A DNA stretch of 60,451 bases, filler included, from Jimgerdemannia flammicorona (taxonomy: Eukaryota): assembly GCA_003990765.1 (NCBI GenBank). It is 3 parts of 3 records of this genome, joined end to end, with 100 filler letters (N's around TTAATTAATTAA, not from the genome) between each part and the next. Parts side by side here need not be neighbours in the genome. Positions count along the whole stretch, not along the records: positions 1 to 20,086 come from RBNJ01001765.1; positions 20,187 to 40,270 come from RBNJ01001766.1; 1 more part is not named here. One strand, written 5' to 3'. The notes under the pieces are model-generated. The model ran no database searches. It saw only the letters and a program-made list of their open reading frames with translations, and was not told the DNA's origin. The position numbers were made by a program, and so were the translations under genes. The first letter of the stretch is position 1, and every line of letters starts with the position of its first letter. This document shows, in pieces, positions 14,847 through 26,649 of the stretch.

Positions 14847-16170
14847 CTAACTGATTCCAAAGAACTTAACACCCACGCTCTCGGGGTCGCTCGTCCCCGC
14901 AAAGATCTGCGCCACGCCGCGCCGAACCAGCACGTCGAGCGACTTGAGCAGAACAGATGTGTCAATGCCCTGGAGCTCTGTGTGTGTGTAAAGCAGAGGG
15001 GATGCGGTAAGGAGGGATCGAGTTGCGTTGAGCGAGCGTGGCGGTAGAATGAGCATGGACACGGGAATCGAGGAATGAGAAGAGATCTCACCGGTGCCTT
15101 CCGTGTTGTCTCCATTCGCAATCTCGTATAACGTCAGAATCGAGTTGTTCATGCCATTATCCGAAACCTTCACACAAAAAAGACATAAAGACGGTGAAGA
15201 AGGGAAGTGAGAAAGGGAAGGAGGAAGGAGGAATCAAAACACGCACAAAAATACATTGTGGCATCGAAATCCTTCCCGCCCTCACGTATTTGCCACGTCC
15301 AACCTACCCAGCTACTGATATAATTCGCCCACTCCTCAGGTTTCCGCCAGTAAATGAAGCACTGCGTCTTCTGTAGCTGCCTGCCCGTCGCACCGGCGAC
15401 GTCCCATTCCGCCGTGCCTATCTCATGTGCACCGATGATGGGATTTCGGATTTTGGGGAGGATTGTCAGCGTAATGTGGTGCGGGAAGTTTGGGGTGGAC
15501 TAAGGATCGTCGCTCACCTTGCTTCACCATGTCGTCGATGATTACTTGAAGGGCTTCGAGGGGGAGGCGGCCTGGGTGGAGGCAATGGGTGTTAAAGATG
15601 AGGGAAAGTGAATAGGATCTGATCTCCGGCCATAACATCCCGATTCCGCCACATCAAATACTTTCGTATTCCTTCATCACGATCCGCTTCATCGTGACCC
15701 CACCATACACGGCACTCGCTCCCTCTCCCTATCTTCCCTCGCATCACGCCACACTCACGCTTGATCCTAGGATTCTCAAACAGCTCCGATCCACTCCCGA
15801 CGGTTTCGTTCAGCTCTAGTCGGTACAGCCGGTGATGCCGGTAGTAGGCGAGGATGATGGATGCCCATAGCGAGGATTGGTTCTGCCACGTCGAGAGCGT
15901 CGGCTGAGCTCTACGAAAGTGGGGGAAGTGAGTTGCGGGAGGGGAAAAAGGAGGAGTGCTTGATGAGTTGAAGGTATGGGACGGGGGAAGCCATTGAGAG
16001 GAGCGTTGTTCGTGCTGACGAGAGCACGGCATATAGAACGCCACAGAGTATCTCTCTTTTGCTCTCTCTACCGTTGATAACACTCACGTGAAGAAGGGAG
16101 GGAAATTGTGGATGGAGGGGAAGGTGAAGCCAGTCTTTGTTATGTATCCGGGCTGGGAAAGTGAGGACAT
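14847..16170 (-). CDS. VPS25: ESCRT-II subunit Vps25, multi-exon
   Basis: FTFPSIHNFPPFFT, W..Q...W..II..Y, LFENPRIKR, YWRKPEEWA, NNSILTLYEI, C-terminal GVKFF. Confidence 0.92.
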
Positions 16171-16373
16171 TGCAGTCTGTCTATTGAATGTCCAAAGGAG
16201 AAGCGTACGGGAACGTCACAAGATGCCAGTCACGTGTTGAACTCGACTCAAAGCCACCCAACACGGTAATTTAGCGAAACATGAAATATTGTATAGTTCC
16301 AGATGTCCTATTTACAAGATTAATAGAAAATTACATTTCATCCACCTCCACCTCCTCCTCCTCCTCCTCCTCC

Positions 16374-17544
16374 TCAGTCACTCTTGACCACCACACAAAA
16401 ATTATTCCTTCCGCCGCCTTCCCTCCCCTCCAGCACCTTCTTTCTCCACTCAATTCCCCTCCCACTACCCGCCGCCCCGGACCACTCGAACAGATAGTAT
16501 GCCAGTTTGGTCGAGTGGTGGTGTCGGATGCACCGCACGTAGCCGAGTGATCGCATCATCGCCAAAAGATGCTCATGCGACATGTAGCGCGAGTTGGTGA
16601 CGCAGGGGAGAGGAAGGACTAAATAAAGGAGGCGGGGGGATGGTCGTGGGGTAATCACGGTAGAGGGATGGAGAAAGGAGCGGGGGTGGCGGAGCATTTC
16701 ACCTGCCGTGGGGGTTAGATGGGAAGAGGACGGGATGTCAGTTGAAGACAAATATGTTGTACGGGCATGCGATGATGAGATAAGAATGATATATATATAT
16801 AAGAAACAACAAAGAGAAGTCAATAAAAATGATTCCATACCTCTATCCACCGGATCACCCACAAAATTCACCACCAAACTCAGGCACACGACATCAAATC
16901 TTTCTCCGTCGCCCGCCGGCGGCGCCATCTTGAGGAAATCCTGCTTGCGGATCTCGGGATGCTGCGGGTTGAGGTCAATGGGTGTAGCGCGGATCCACGA
17001 CGAGTATGCAGCGTAGTTTGTAGGCAAGAGGGCGCCGACGTCGAGGAGACGGAATGGGAGAATGTCCTGGTGCCGCGAAAGCGGGATTTCGGTAAGCGAT
17101 GGGTCTGAAATATAATAGAAATCCACGCATAAAGAAGACATTCTAGTGTACCTTATACTTCTCCTTGATCTTCTTCTCCTCCAGCACCCCCACCAACCAC
17201 TTGCTAGAGTCCCCGCCGCGCTGTTTACTCTGCCCAAGCGTGCTGGCCTTCTGGTACCAATCCAGCCCTCCCATCTCTTGCATCTCTGCGCAAATATCGA
17301 TCTCCCTCGCGGTGTCGCCCGCGGCTCGACATTTTGCGAGCTCTTTGTTGAGGACGTGGAAGCGGCGAATCAGACGGGCGGTCTCCTGCGACGATTTCTT
17401 GAAGCGCGCGGGGATGGGGACCGTGGATGTTGCGGAGGCGGCAGCCTTCTTGCGCGTTGCCTGGGTGGTGACGGGGATGAGCTTCCGGCGGTGGCGGTGG
17501 TGCGAGGGTTTGGTGGATTTCCGTTTGGTTGGTATGGTGGTCAT
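16374..17544 (-). CDS. BMT2: 25S rRNA (adenine-N1)-methyltransferase Bmt2, three exons
   Basis: LIRRFHVLNK, GGLDWYQKAS..GQ...RGGDSSKWL, LLDVGAL, IDLNPQ, SLVVNFV, LPLPCVTNSRY, NNFCVV. Confidence 0.9.
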
Positions 17545-17924
17545 GGTGGTGTCGAGCGAGATTTTTTTAGGAGGCGGGTGATCAGGCAAGCCACAATTAA
17601 AAAGTACCTTTTTGTCTCATATATTAACTGTACAACCTCATTAGTTATATAGTTCTCTAGAAGCCTAGAACAGGGTAAAGTGTGATGGCAACAGGGTAAG
17701 AAGAGCACAAGTACATATCAGTCGTAATTAATTGGGTGGACATTAATCATGGTGGAGAAAGCCAACTTTTGTAGCAACGTCACTGGCCCACGTCACAACA
17801 GTACTTTTGTTTATGGTATAAAAGAAGGCCATATGGATTACCCGTGGCGGGCCTTGGAAACTGCCTCACACCCACGTGAAATATCGGAAGTCCTTGGTAA
17901 GCAGCAATATTTATCCCCATCTTG

Positions 17925-19898
17925 ATGCTCCCGCGTCTCCCGCGTCTCCTTCCTCACCACCACGCCCTTCGCCGCTCCATGTCCATCATGCACCCGCTCG
18001 CCTCCCCCGTCAACCTCATCCACAACCAGAAACCTGTCCACATTCCCGTCAAGGACCGCGAGACGGGTCGCGAGACAAAAAAATCCTTGATCGAGTATGT
18101 CAAGGAGACGTGTCCGGACCTTGCGGGAGAGCACGCGCAGTTCGTCCCCACACCGTGGCTGTTCAACGGACACCTGCAAACGGCGTACGCCTCCGCGTTC
18201 AACAAGTCGCAGACGGGATCAGAAGTCATGTATGAGCGGTATGTAGCTTTCTTTATTCGTTTGCGAGTAGTCGTTTTCTCGAGCAATGATATCCGAGATT
18301 CCTGATCCGATCCACCTTTTTATATACCTGCATGATCACCCAGCAAACTGATTGACACCCCCGACGGCGGTCAGATCGCTCTGGACTGGACACCCATCCT
18401 CACTCAGAAGCCCTTCGATGATACCCCGACCCTTGTAGTCCTGCACGGTCTCACAGGCGGCTCGCACGAGTCCTATGTTCGGGGCCTGCTCGAGATCGTC
18501 ACCCGGTCGCCGTACAACTTCCGCGCCGTTGTGGTGAATTTCAGAGGATGTGAGTGTCGTGTGCGCGTGGAGAGTGAATGGTGGTGCGCTGATTGTGCTG
18601 CCAACGTGGATCGATGGAAGGGCCAAGTCAACGCACATATATACAATAGTCATATCTTATTGACAATTTTCCATTCTCTTCCTCCAAAAATACTCTTCTC
18701 CCAGGCGCCGAGTCTAAGCTCGTCACCCCGCAACTCTATTCCGGCGCCTACACGGACGACCTGCGCATCGCCCTCCGTTACATCCGGTCCGAGATTCCCA
18801 ACGCCAAGCTTATGGCCATCGGGTTCTCTCTCGGGTCCAACGTGCTCGTCAAGGTGCGTTGTCGATTTCGGGTGGTGTGTGTGTTGTGGGTCTTGACTTT
18901 GGGTATGATGGTGCGCTTGCGTTGTAACATATGTTCCTATGTTTGGGTGCATGCAGTATCTTGGTGAGGAGGGCGATCGGACACCTTTCATTGCCGGGAT
19001 CTCTGTGGGAAATCCATTCGACTTCCTCTGGTGGGTTACACAGGGCGATACGGATACTTCCATCCTTTATGTTTTGGTTCATCGTGGGGGATCCTGGTAT
19101 CATTGGGAACTAGACAATTTGATGGTTCATTACATTCAATTGAACATGTGCTACTCTCTTCACCTCCCATTTATAACAGCTCGAGCATTCTCCTAGACCG
19201 CACGTGGGTTGGCAAGAATGTGTACTCCCATTCCATGTGCAACAGTCTCAAGGCTTCCTTTGCCAGGTACTTTTTTTTTTTAACGTTCAACTTTTTTTGT
19301 ATCATAATCATCCTACCGCTCTCTAACCCATTGGCCCATCAACTAGACACGCGGATATGCTTCTCAGCAACCCCGAACTCGACTCCACCTCGATCGCGGC
19401 GGCACGCACATTGCGCGAGTTCGACACAGCGGTCACGCGCGTTGTCTTTGGTTACGACACCGTCAACGACTATTACCGCGACGCGTCCTCCTCCCGGTTT
19501 ATCACTCGCGTTCGCGTCCCGCTCCTGTGCCTCAACGCCGTCGACGATCCCATCGCTGCCGGCGAGTGTATCCCGTACGACGAGTGTAGATTCAACCCGA
19601 ATGTCCTTTTGGCTACTACGTCGCAGGGAGGGCATTTGGGTTGGTTTGAGGGGCTGGTTGATCCGAAGAGGTGGTGCATAAAACCGTTGAGCCAGTTTAT
19701 TGCGGCGATGTTGGAGGTAGGTTTTTGGGGAGAGGTGTTGGTAGTGGGTGGGTTAGATGCATTTATCAGCTGAGACTAATATGATTTGTGCATCTCATCC
19801 ATCTTTCTCGAAAGTCCAACCTCGAATCGCCGCCTGTGGACGGTGCCACGAACGGGGCGACGACCGACTCGTCGCTCAAGTCGCAGCTTAGAAATTGA
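17925..19898 (+). CDS. Alpha/beta hydrolase of the EHT1/EEB1/ABHD1-3 family, multi-exon; start codon uncertain
   Basis: PWLFNGHLQT, DGGQIALDW, LHGLTGGSHESYV, NFRGC, GFSLG nucleophile elbow, NAVDDPI, GGHLGWFEG. Confidence 0.9.
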
Positions 19899-20086
19899 GG
19901 ATGGGGTTTAAAACATTGCATCCTAGAAATCTTGTGGATTTAGTGCAGGATTCAGTGTATTATATGGGGCGTGCTGCAACAAAACCAGACAAAGTGAACA
20001 TTTGACGTCACTCGGGTATCATGTTTTCTTTACTTTCGCTTTGTCCGTAAATTTTTTATTATTCTTCCCCACACTCTCTCTACTTC

Positions 20087-20186
20087 NNNNNNNNNNNNNN
20101 NNNNNNNNNNNNNNNNNNNNNNNNNNNNNNTTAATTAATTAANNNNNNNNNNNNNNNNNNNNNNNNNNNNNNNNNNNNNNNNNNNN
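20087..20186. other. Artificial contig spacer N44-TTAATTAATTAA-N44
   Basis: Six-frame stop linker flanked by Ns; identical to 40271-40370. Confidence 0.98.
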
Positions 20187-20295
20187 GGGGAAAAAAAAAA
20201 AAAAGAACCAAGGGGAATAGGGAAGGGGTGGGGCACTGTGTATTATATAGAAGTTAGACAGGCATTTGGTTAATAAAGGATGGAGTCCAAGTGAC

Positions 20296-20338
<43 letters not shown>
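20187..20338 (+). mobile_element. 3' end of a poly(A) non-LTR retroelement inserted in the 5' LTR of Gypsy B copy 1
   Basis: G-rich tract, AATAAA and a ~40-nt A tail, followed directly by LTR U5 sequence matching 26586-26642. Confidence 0.7.
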
Positions 20339-20341
<3 letters not shown>

Positions 20342-22559
20342 TTCAAGATACAGAAATCCGACATACTTTCAAGAGTAAGCATCTGCTACATTACAACTTG
20401 GTGCCCATTGGCTGGTAATTTAAGATGAATCCCTCACTTTCAAGCTGAACAACAAAAAACCATTACTACCCAAGCAACTACACAAAGTGAGCCACAATAT
20501 CCAGACAAAATGGATATGAGACCACCAGTATTCCATGAGTATACCTCAGATGAATCAATCATTACCTTCATTGATGATTTCGAGCAGTATGCCACTGTAA
20601 GGACCCTGACAGCAGTACAGCAAGTAGCCCTCATGCCCTTCAGCCTACAAGGTCCTGCCAGAGCAGCATTCACAGCTACAACCTATATAGGAAATGATGC
20701 TAATGCTATACTGATAGTACAGAAGACCTGGCTTTGAAATATATATTATATAGATGAGATCAAGCAAGCTCTGAAGAATCAGCTCAATACAACATGCCAA
20801 GGAATGAGTGAGGATTCAAACACATTCTATACCAGAATTCGATATCAGATAATCTATATGGATTATGCTGCTGCTATTTGAGATCAAGTAGCTGAAGCAA
20901 CCTTCATAAAAGGAGTTCACCCAGAGATAGCCATGGCCATCCATTCATCACTAGTAGTCTTGGATCTGCTATAGAAGATCACCTATGCTCAGTGATATTG
21001 GACAGCCAGACACCCACAAGACCATACAATAGAAAGAGTCACAGGAGTCAGAATCAAAACACCCAAGGCAACTAGTGTGATCCCTACTATAATGATCAAT
21101 TGAAACACATCTCAGCCAAAAACTACAGAGTAGCAAAAGAACAGTGACCCTATGGAGGAACTTGCCAAGAGGTTCACTGAAATGACTGCTCACCTGAGAG
21201 ATGTGATAAAAGAAATCCAAGGAAGAAACCGCCACCCAGTTCAGAAGTTTGTTGCCATCTCAGATAAGAAGAAAGGTACCTACTATACCTGCAGAGAAGA
21301 AGGCCACTACTCCTATGAATGTATGAGCGAAACCAAGCATAAGGCTCAACCAAGTAATGCTACACAAAACAGAGAGCAGGCCAATACAATTACCTTCGAG
21401 GAAATTGGAGATTCTGATGAAGAAGAATGGGAGGCCTATCTTGCTCAGACTACCAAGAAGGATGTTCACAAGGAACCCTACAAGAGACCACCAGGAAGAC
21501 CCAAGAAGAACCCAGTAGAAAAGCAGATAGAAATGGTTACTGAAAGCCAAGCCAAAGAGATGGACCAAGATATGGAGCTGGAGCAAGCAGTTCAAGATAT
21601 TATCCAAGGAACTACCCTAGCCAGCAAAGGAGAAAAAGAAAAGAAACTTCATAAGACCAAGACTTTCAAGTATGATATCTTCAAGGACCTTAGCCAACAA
21701 AAGGTCAATGCAACCTTTGGTCAGCTCGTAGAAATCCCAACATTTAGACAACAAATGAGGTTTGGACTTGCCAAAACAACCAAGGAGCAAGGATAGAAGA
21801 TAACCAAGACCAATAATATTCAAGAGGACTCAGGAGAAGAAAGTGAAGACAATTGCAAAACCTCTGTCTATGCAATATGCCAAATCAAAGATAGAGTCTT
21901 TGAAGCCATCATTGATACTGGAGTAGGAGGATGTCTTCTCAGCAAGAAAGCAGCAGACTGCCTAGGCTGGGAAGTTGAAGAAGCAACCAAGTTGGTTTTT
22001 ATCACAGCAGATAGTACAAGAGCCACCCATCTGGGAAAGATCTGAGAAGTCTCCATCAAGATTGGAGAAGCAACCATCTCAGTAGATATAATCATAATCA
22101 ATGCCACCAACTATGACATCCTCATCAGCAATCAATAGCTTCACAAAGCCAGGGCAGTAATCAATCTCAATATCCAGAAGATACAAATCACCTACCAGGG
22201 ACAGAAGATACAAATTCCCATCAATGTCAACAAAGGAGTCTTGCCTAACATGGAGGAAGAAGAGAGCGAGCAAGAGGAAGCTTATATAGTGACTACTCTG
22301 AAGAAGAAAGTTGGACAGATGAGTGAAGAAGAATGGTATAAGAAGATCGTAAAAGGCTATATACCACAAGGAGTCTGTTCTCATGGAATCAAGATGTACT
22401 GTATGGAGCATGTCAATGATTGCTACCAGTGCACCATCAGAATCAAGAAAATCCATCAGGAAAGAAGACAGAAAGCTCTTGAAAAACAGGTCAGAGAAGA
22501 GAAGGAGGAGGAAGATGATGAACCACCAGTCCTCCTGGAGAATAGTGATGATGAAGAAG

Positions 22560-22980
22560 AAATTAAGGTCAAGATCTGAAGGACCCACCCTGATGCAGTC
22601 TTGCCAGAATACAAGTCAGAAAATGCAGCTAGAATGGACATCGCCACAGTAGAAGAAGCTGTACTAGAACTCCAAACAACCACCCTACTCACAACTGGAC
22701 TGGAGATAACTATCCCAAAGAATCATGTCAGGATCCTCAAGACAAGAAGCAGCCTGACCAGAAGCGAAATTATGATTGAAGGAGGAGTCATTGATTCTGA
22801 CTATACTAGAGAAATTCTGCTCATTGCTAGGAATCACAATCCTACAATCCCATTCCCGGTCAAGAAGAAGGACCAATTGGCACAGATGTTGATCTTTCCA
22901 ATCCTACAACCAAGGATCATAGAAGTCAAGAATTTGGAGGAAATGAAAAGAGGAAAGAAAAGACTTGGATCCACAGGAAG
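22560..22980 (+). pseudogene. dUTPase domain between protease and RT
   Basis: All five trimeric dUTPase motifs: AARMDI, TRSSL, GGVIDSDYTREI, DQLAQML, RGKKRLGSTG. Confidence 0.92.
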
Positions 22981-24491
22981 AAGAGCATTTACCAGTATCA
23001 AGATCACTGAACTGGAGCATAAGAAGGAGGAAATCACAAACAAGTACAGTTACATCATTGGAAATGAATTCCCACTTAAGGAGGAACTCAAGAAAATACT
23101 CCACGAATTCGAGGATGTCCTCACTATGGATTTCAAGGATATCAAGGGAAAGACCCCACACTACTATCATGAGGTAGATACCAGAGACACCAAACCAATT
23201 TACCAGAAGGCACGACCTGTCCCACCAGCCTACCAAGAATAGCTCAGAGAAGAAATCAAGCAGATGGAAGAAGCTGGTAATATCAAAGAAGCCAGCAGTC
23301 CCTGGTCTTCACCAGTTGTACTAGCTCTGAAAAAAGGAAGCAACCCTGGAGAATTCACCCCAAGACTCTGTGTTGACTACAGAAAGCTCAATGCAGTTAC
23401 CAAGAAGGATTGCCAACCACTGCCCCTCATCAGTGACATCCTTATAACACTGGGAGACAAAGCACAGTACTACAGCACCTTGGACTTATACTCAGGATTC
23501 CACCAAATCGGACTCACAGAGATGGCAAATGAAAAGTCAGCCTTCATCACCCCAGACAGAACCTACATCTACCTACAAATGCTGTTCAAGATGTGCAATA
23601 TACCAGCAAGCTTTTAGCAAATGATGAACAAAATCTTCTGCTATAACATAGGAAGATGGATGATGGTCTATATCAATGACATAATCATCTACAGCAAGAC
23701 ACCTGAGGAATACCTACAGTATATATGGCAGATAATGGAAAGACTGAGAAAGCATGGCCTGTATATCAAGCCCAAGAAATACAAATTTGCAGAAATCAAG
23801 ATCTCTTACCTTGGCCATGTTATCAATTAAGAGAAAACACACATGGACCCTCTCAAGATATAAGTAGTAACAGCATACCCAAGGCCCACTACTGTTACAG
23901 AAGCCCAAGCCTTCATGGAACTTGCCTCTTACTATTGTAGATTTATCAGAGGATTCTTCAATATTGCAGGTCCAATCTATGAACTCAACAAGAAGGACAC
24001 TAAATTCAACTGGACTGCCAGACAACAAAAAGCATTTGATGAACTCAAGGTCAGACTGACCCAGGCACCCATCCTCAGATGACCCAATTGGACCCAAGAG
24101 TTTATCCTTCAGACAGACACAAGTGTACAAGGACTAGGAGTAGTTCTAGCTCAAAAGAAAGACAAAAAAGAGTATATTATTACATACCTAAGCCAAGAAA
24201 CCCAAGGAGCTGAAAAAGAATACAAATCCTACAAGTTAGAATGCCTTGCAGTCATCTGGGCTATAGAAAAGTTCCACTACTATCTGGCTGGAAGACACTT
24301 CACCATTCAGATAGACCACTCAGCTCTCACCTAACTACTGACAACTAGACAACCCAAAGGAATCTATGTCAGATGGATAATGAAGTTACAAGTCTATGAT
24401 GTAACCATTGTATACTACCCTGGAAGAACAAATTCCAATGCAGATGCTCTCTCACGGACACCTTGAAACATCTCCAACCAACAAATCAATT

Positions 24492-25693
24492 ATGAATAAG
24501 GAGCTCTACTACAGAATCATCACATATCTGAGACAGCAAAAGATGCCCCAAAATCTGGAAGAATGGAAACAAATAATTATCAATAGAACATGGAAACAAT
24601 TTGAAACTGATAGACAAACACTAAAGAAAAGAAAACTACTAGTCATACCAGAATATAAGAAGGAGCAAGCAATGAAATCAGTATATAAACTTGGCCATCT
24701 AGGAGGAATGAATATATATGACAAGGCAAGAAGAATGATATGGTGGCCAGGAATGGAGAAAGATATCAGACAATTTGTCAAAACCTGCAACAAATGCCAG
24801 AAACAGAAATAAGACCAATAAAACCAAGCCCCAGGATCAGCACATATAGAACTAGTACTATTTGCCCACATAGCAATGGATGTAATTGGCCCTCTACCCT
24901 TGACCCTGACTGGTAACTGATATATCATTGTCATTGTAGACCTTTTTATGAAGTGGATAGAAGCAGGACCCCTCAAGGAAGCCAATGCACAGTTAATCAC
25001 CAATTTCTTCTACAAAGAAATCATCTGCCAGTTCAAGACTCTAATGCAAGTAACTATAGATAGAGGAACAGAATTTGTAAACCAGTTCTTTGAGGTTCTC
25101 TACAAGAAGTACAAGATCTAGCACATTCAGACTACAGCCTATCACCCTCAAGGAAATGGACAAGCAGAAAGGACCAACAAGACCCTCAAGAATGTTATTG
25201 CCAAGATCTGTAATAACTATGAAAACTGAGATCACTATCTGCCAATAGCATTATCTGCTCTCCAAGATATCAGATCACAAAGTACCCACTTTACCCCTTA
25301 AGAAATGCTGTTCAGAGAAGAAAGTTCTCAAGAAACCCTATCATCCAATGGGGATGCTGTATGGAAACATGTAGATGGAGAAATACAGAGACTACACCAA
25401 ATTAGGAAGAAGGCTGAGGATTACATAACAAAGGCACAGGCACTATAACAGAAGAATGCAGAAAAAACCCACAAACCCCTGGAGATTATCAAGATAGGAG
25501 ACAAAGTCCTGGTGTATCGAAACATAGTAGAAGCCTCATGGTCACAAAAACTGGAGCCCAAGTGGGAAGGATCTTACCTTGTGCAAGATATAAAAGGAAT
25601 CACCTTTTGGCTATGAAAACTCTCAGGCACAATCATCTCCACTACCATCTACCAAAACTGACTCAAGAAGTATCATGACCAGTCAACAAAGTA
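24492..25693 (+). pseudogene. Separate integrase ORF (MNKEL start), family B copy 1
   Basis: LGHLGG...CNKCQK, MDVIGPLP, TAYHPQGNGQAER, PKWEG; +1 frame relative to gag-pol. Confidence 0.85.
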
Positions 25694-26134
25694 ATACTAC
25701 TGCCCTCAGAATTACTAGCACAGCCCAGTGAGCCATTGAAAGACAGTGGTGTTCCACTGAGCCACCAACAATGGAAGAATCCTTTGACAGTATCCAGAGT
25801 ATAGTGCAAACACTTGTCACGAATCTCACATTTCAAGGTCTACCAGAACTGAACTGAGTTCTAGGAATACTTCAAGTTGGGACAGCTACTGAATTCAAGA
25901 CCAAAGATGGGAAAAGACGACTGGATCAGAGAATGTCAGCTCTCCTACACTCAGATCATAATTGCAAAAAGAGTATACAAGTTATTTAAAGATGACAAGT
26001 CAGCCTTAGCCCATTTCTGAGGAGTAACCCCAGGAGACTTTGGATATATCAAGAGACAATATTGGAAGGACATAATGATACAAATCACATAGTATAAGGA
26101 AATACAAATTGTAGAAGCCTGGGAATTTGAGTGA
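25675..26134 (+). pseudogene. Accessory ORF3 of family B (2-nt deletion relative to copy 2)
   Basis: Conserved with 53603-54064; motif AKRVYKLF...ALAHF.GVTPG. Confidence 0.7.
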
Positions 26135-26649
26135 ATAGGATGCTCCTGAGATGAATCACTTATTCAGGAGGAAGATATGATGGCTGATCTGAATTAGTAA
26201 TATGAAACAGAGGAATTAGACATTTGATCATGGTACCTGAATCTGATTTTCAATATAGCTTAGCCTCATAAATAGCAGCCATATTCTACAAAGTGCAGAA
26301 ACTTTAATGTTTATAAAGATTTAGGAGATGTTAGAATCTTCGCAATCAGTAAAATCTTAGCAGATATTAAAAGATTCAATATTTGCAAAATGAGCCATTA
26401 CTTAGCTACCTTATAGTTAGTAAAACTTATATAAATAACCCAGTATCTTAGAGTGAATAAAACCTCAGATCGAAATAGTTCAAAAGCAAAGAGATAGCAA
26501 AGAAACTAGTAAGCCCACAGGCAGATACACTTCGAACTTATCCACCCCTGTATCCCAAGGACTCCGAGGAGTCAGAGAAGATCAAGTATTCAAGATATAG
26601 AAATCCAACATACTTTCAAGAGTAAGTGTCTGCTATGTTACAATATATA

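Larger units (their letters stand above)
20339..26642 (+). mobile_element. Ty3/Gypsy family B copy 1: gag-CCHC-protease-dUTPase-RT-RNaseH | integrase | ORF3
   Basis: 5' LTR remnant ends CA at 20395; PBS-like TGGTGCCCATTGG at 20399; knuckle (Y)YTCREEGHYSYEC; protease IIDTG; RT LCVDYRKLN and YIND; PPT AGGAGGAAGA 26166-26175; 3' LTR 26176-26642. Confidence 0.95.

Noticed and set aside
20399..20416. Assigning the primer tRNA for family B
   Set aside because: TGG-start and position fit a PBS, but the two copies differ by transitions and no tRNA set is available to match.
20510..25693. Alternative genetic code or programmed readthrough explaining in-frame stops
   Set aside because: Many stops differ between the two copies and map to CGA/CAA/CAG/TGG codons, consistent with C>T/G>A decay; host genes use the standard code.
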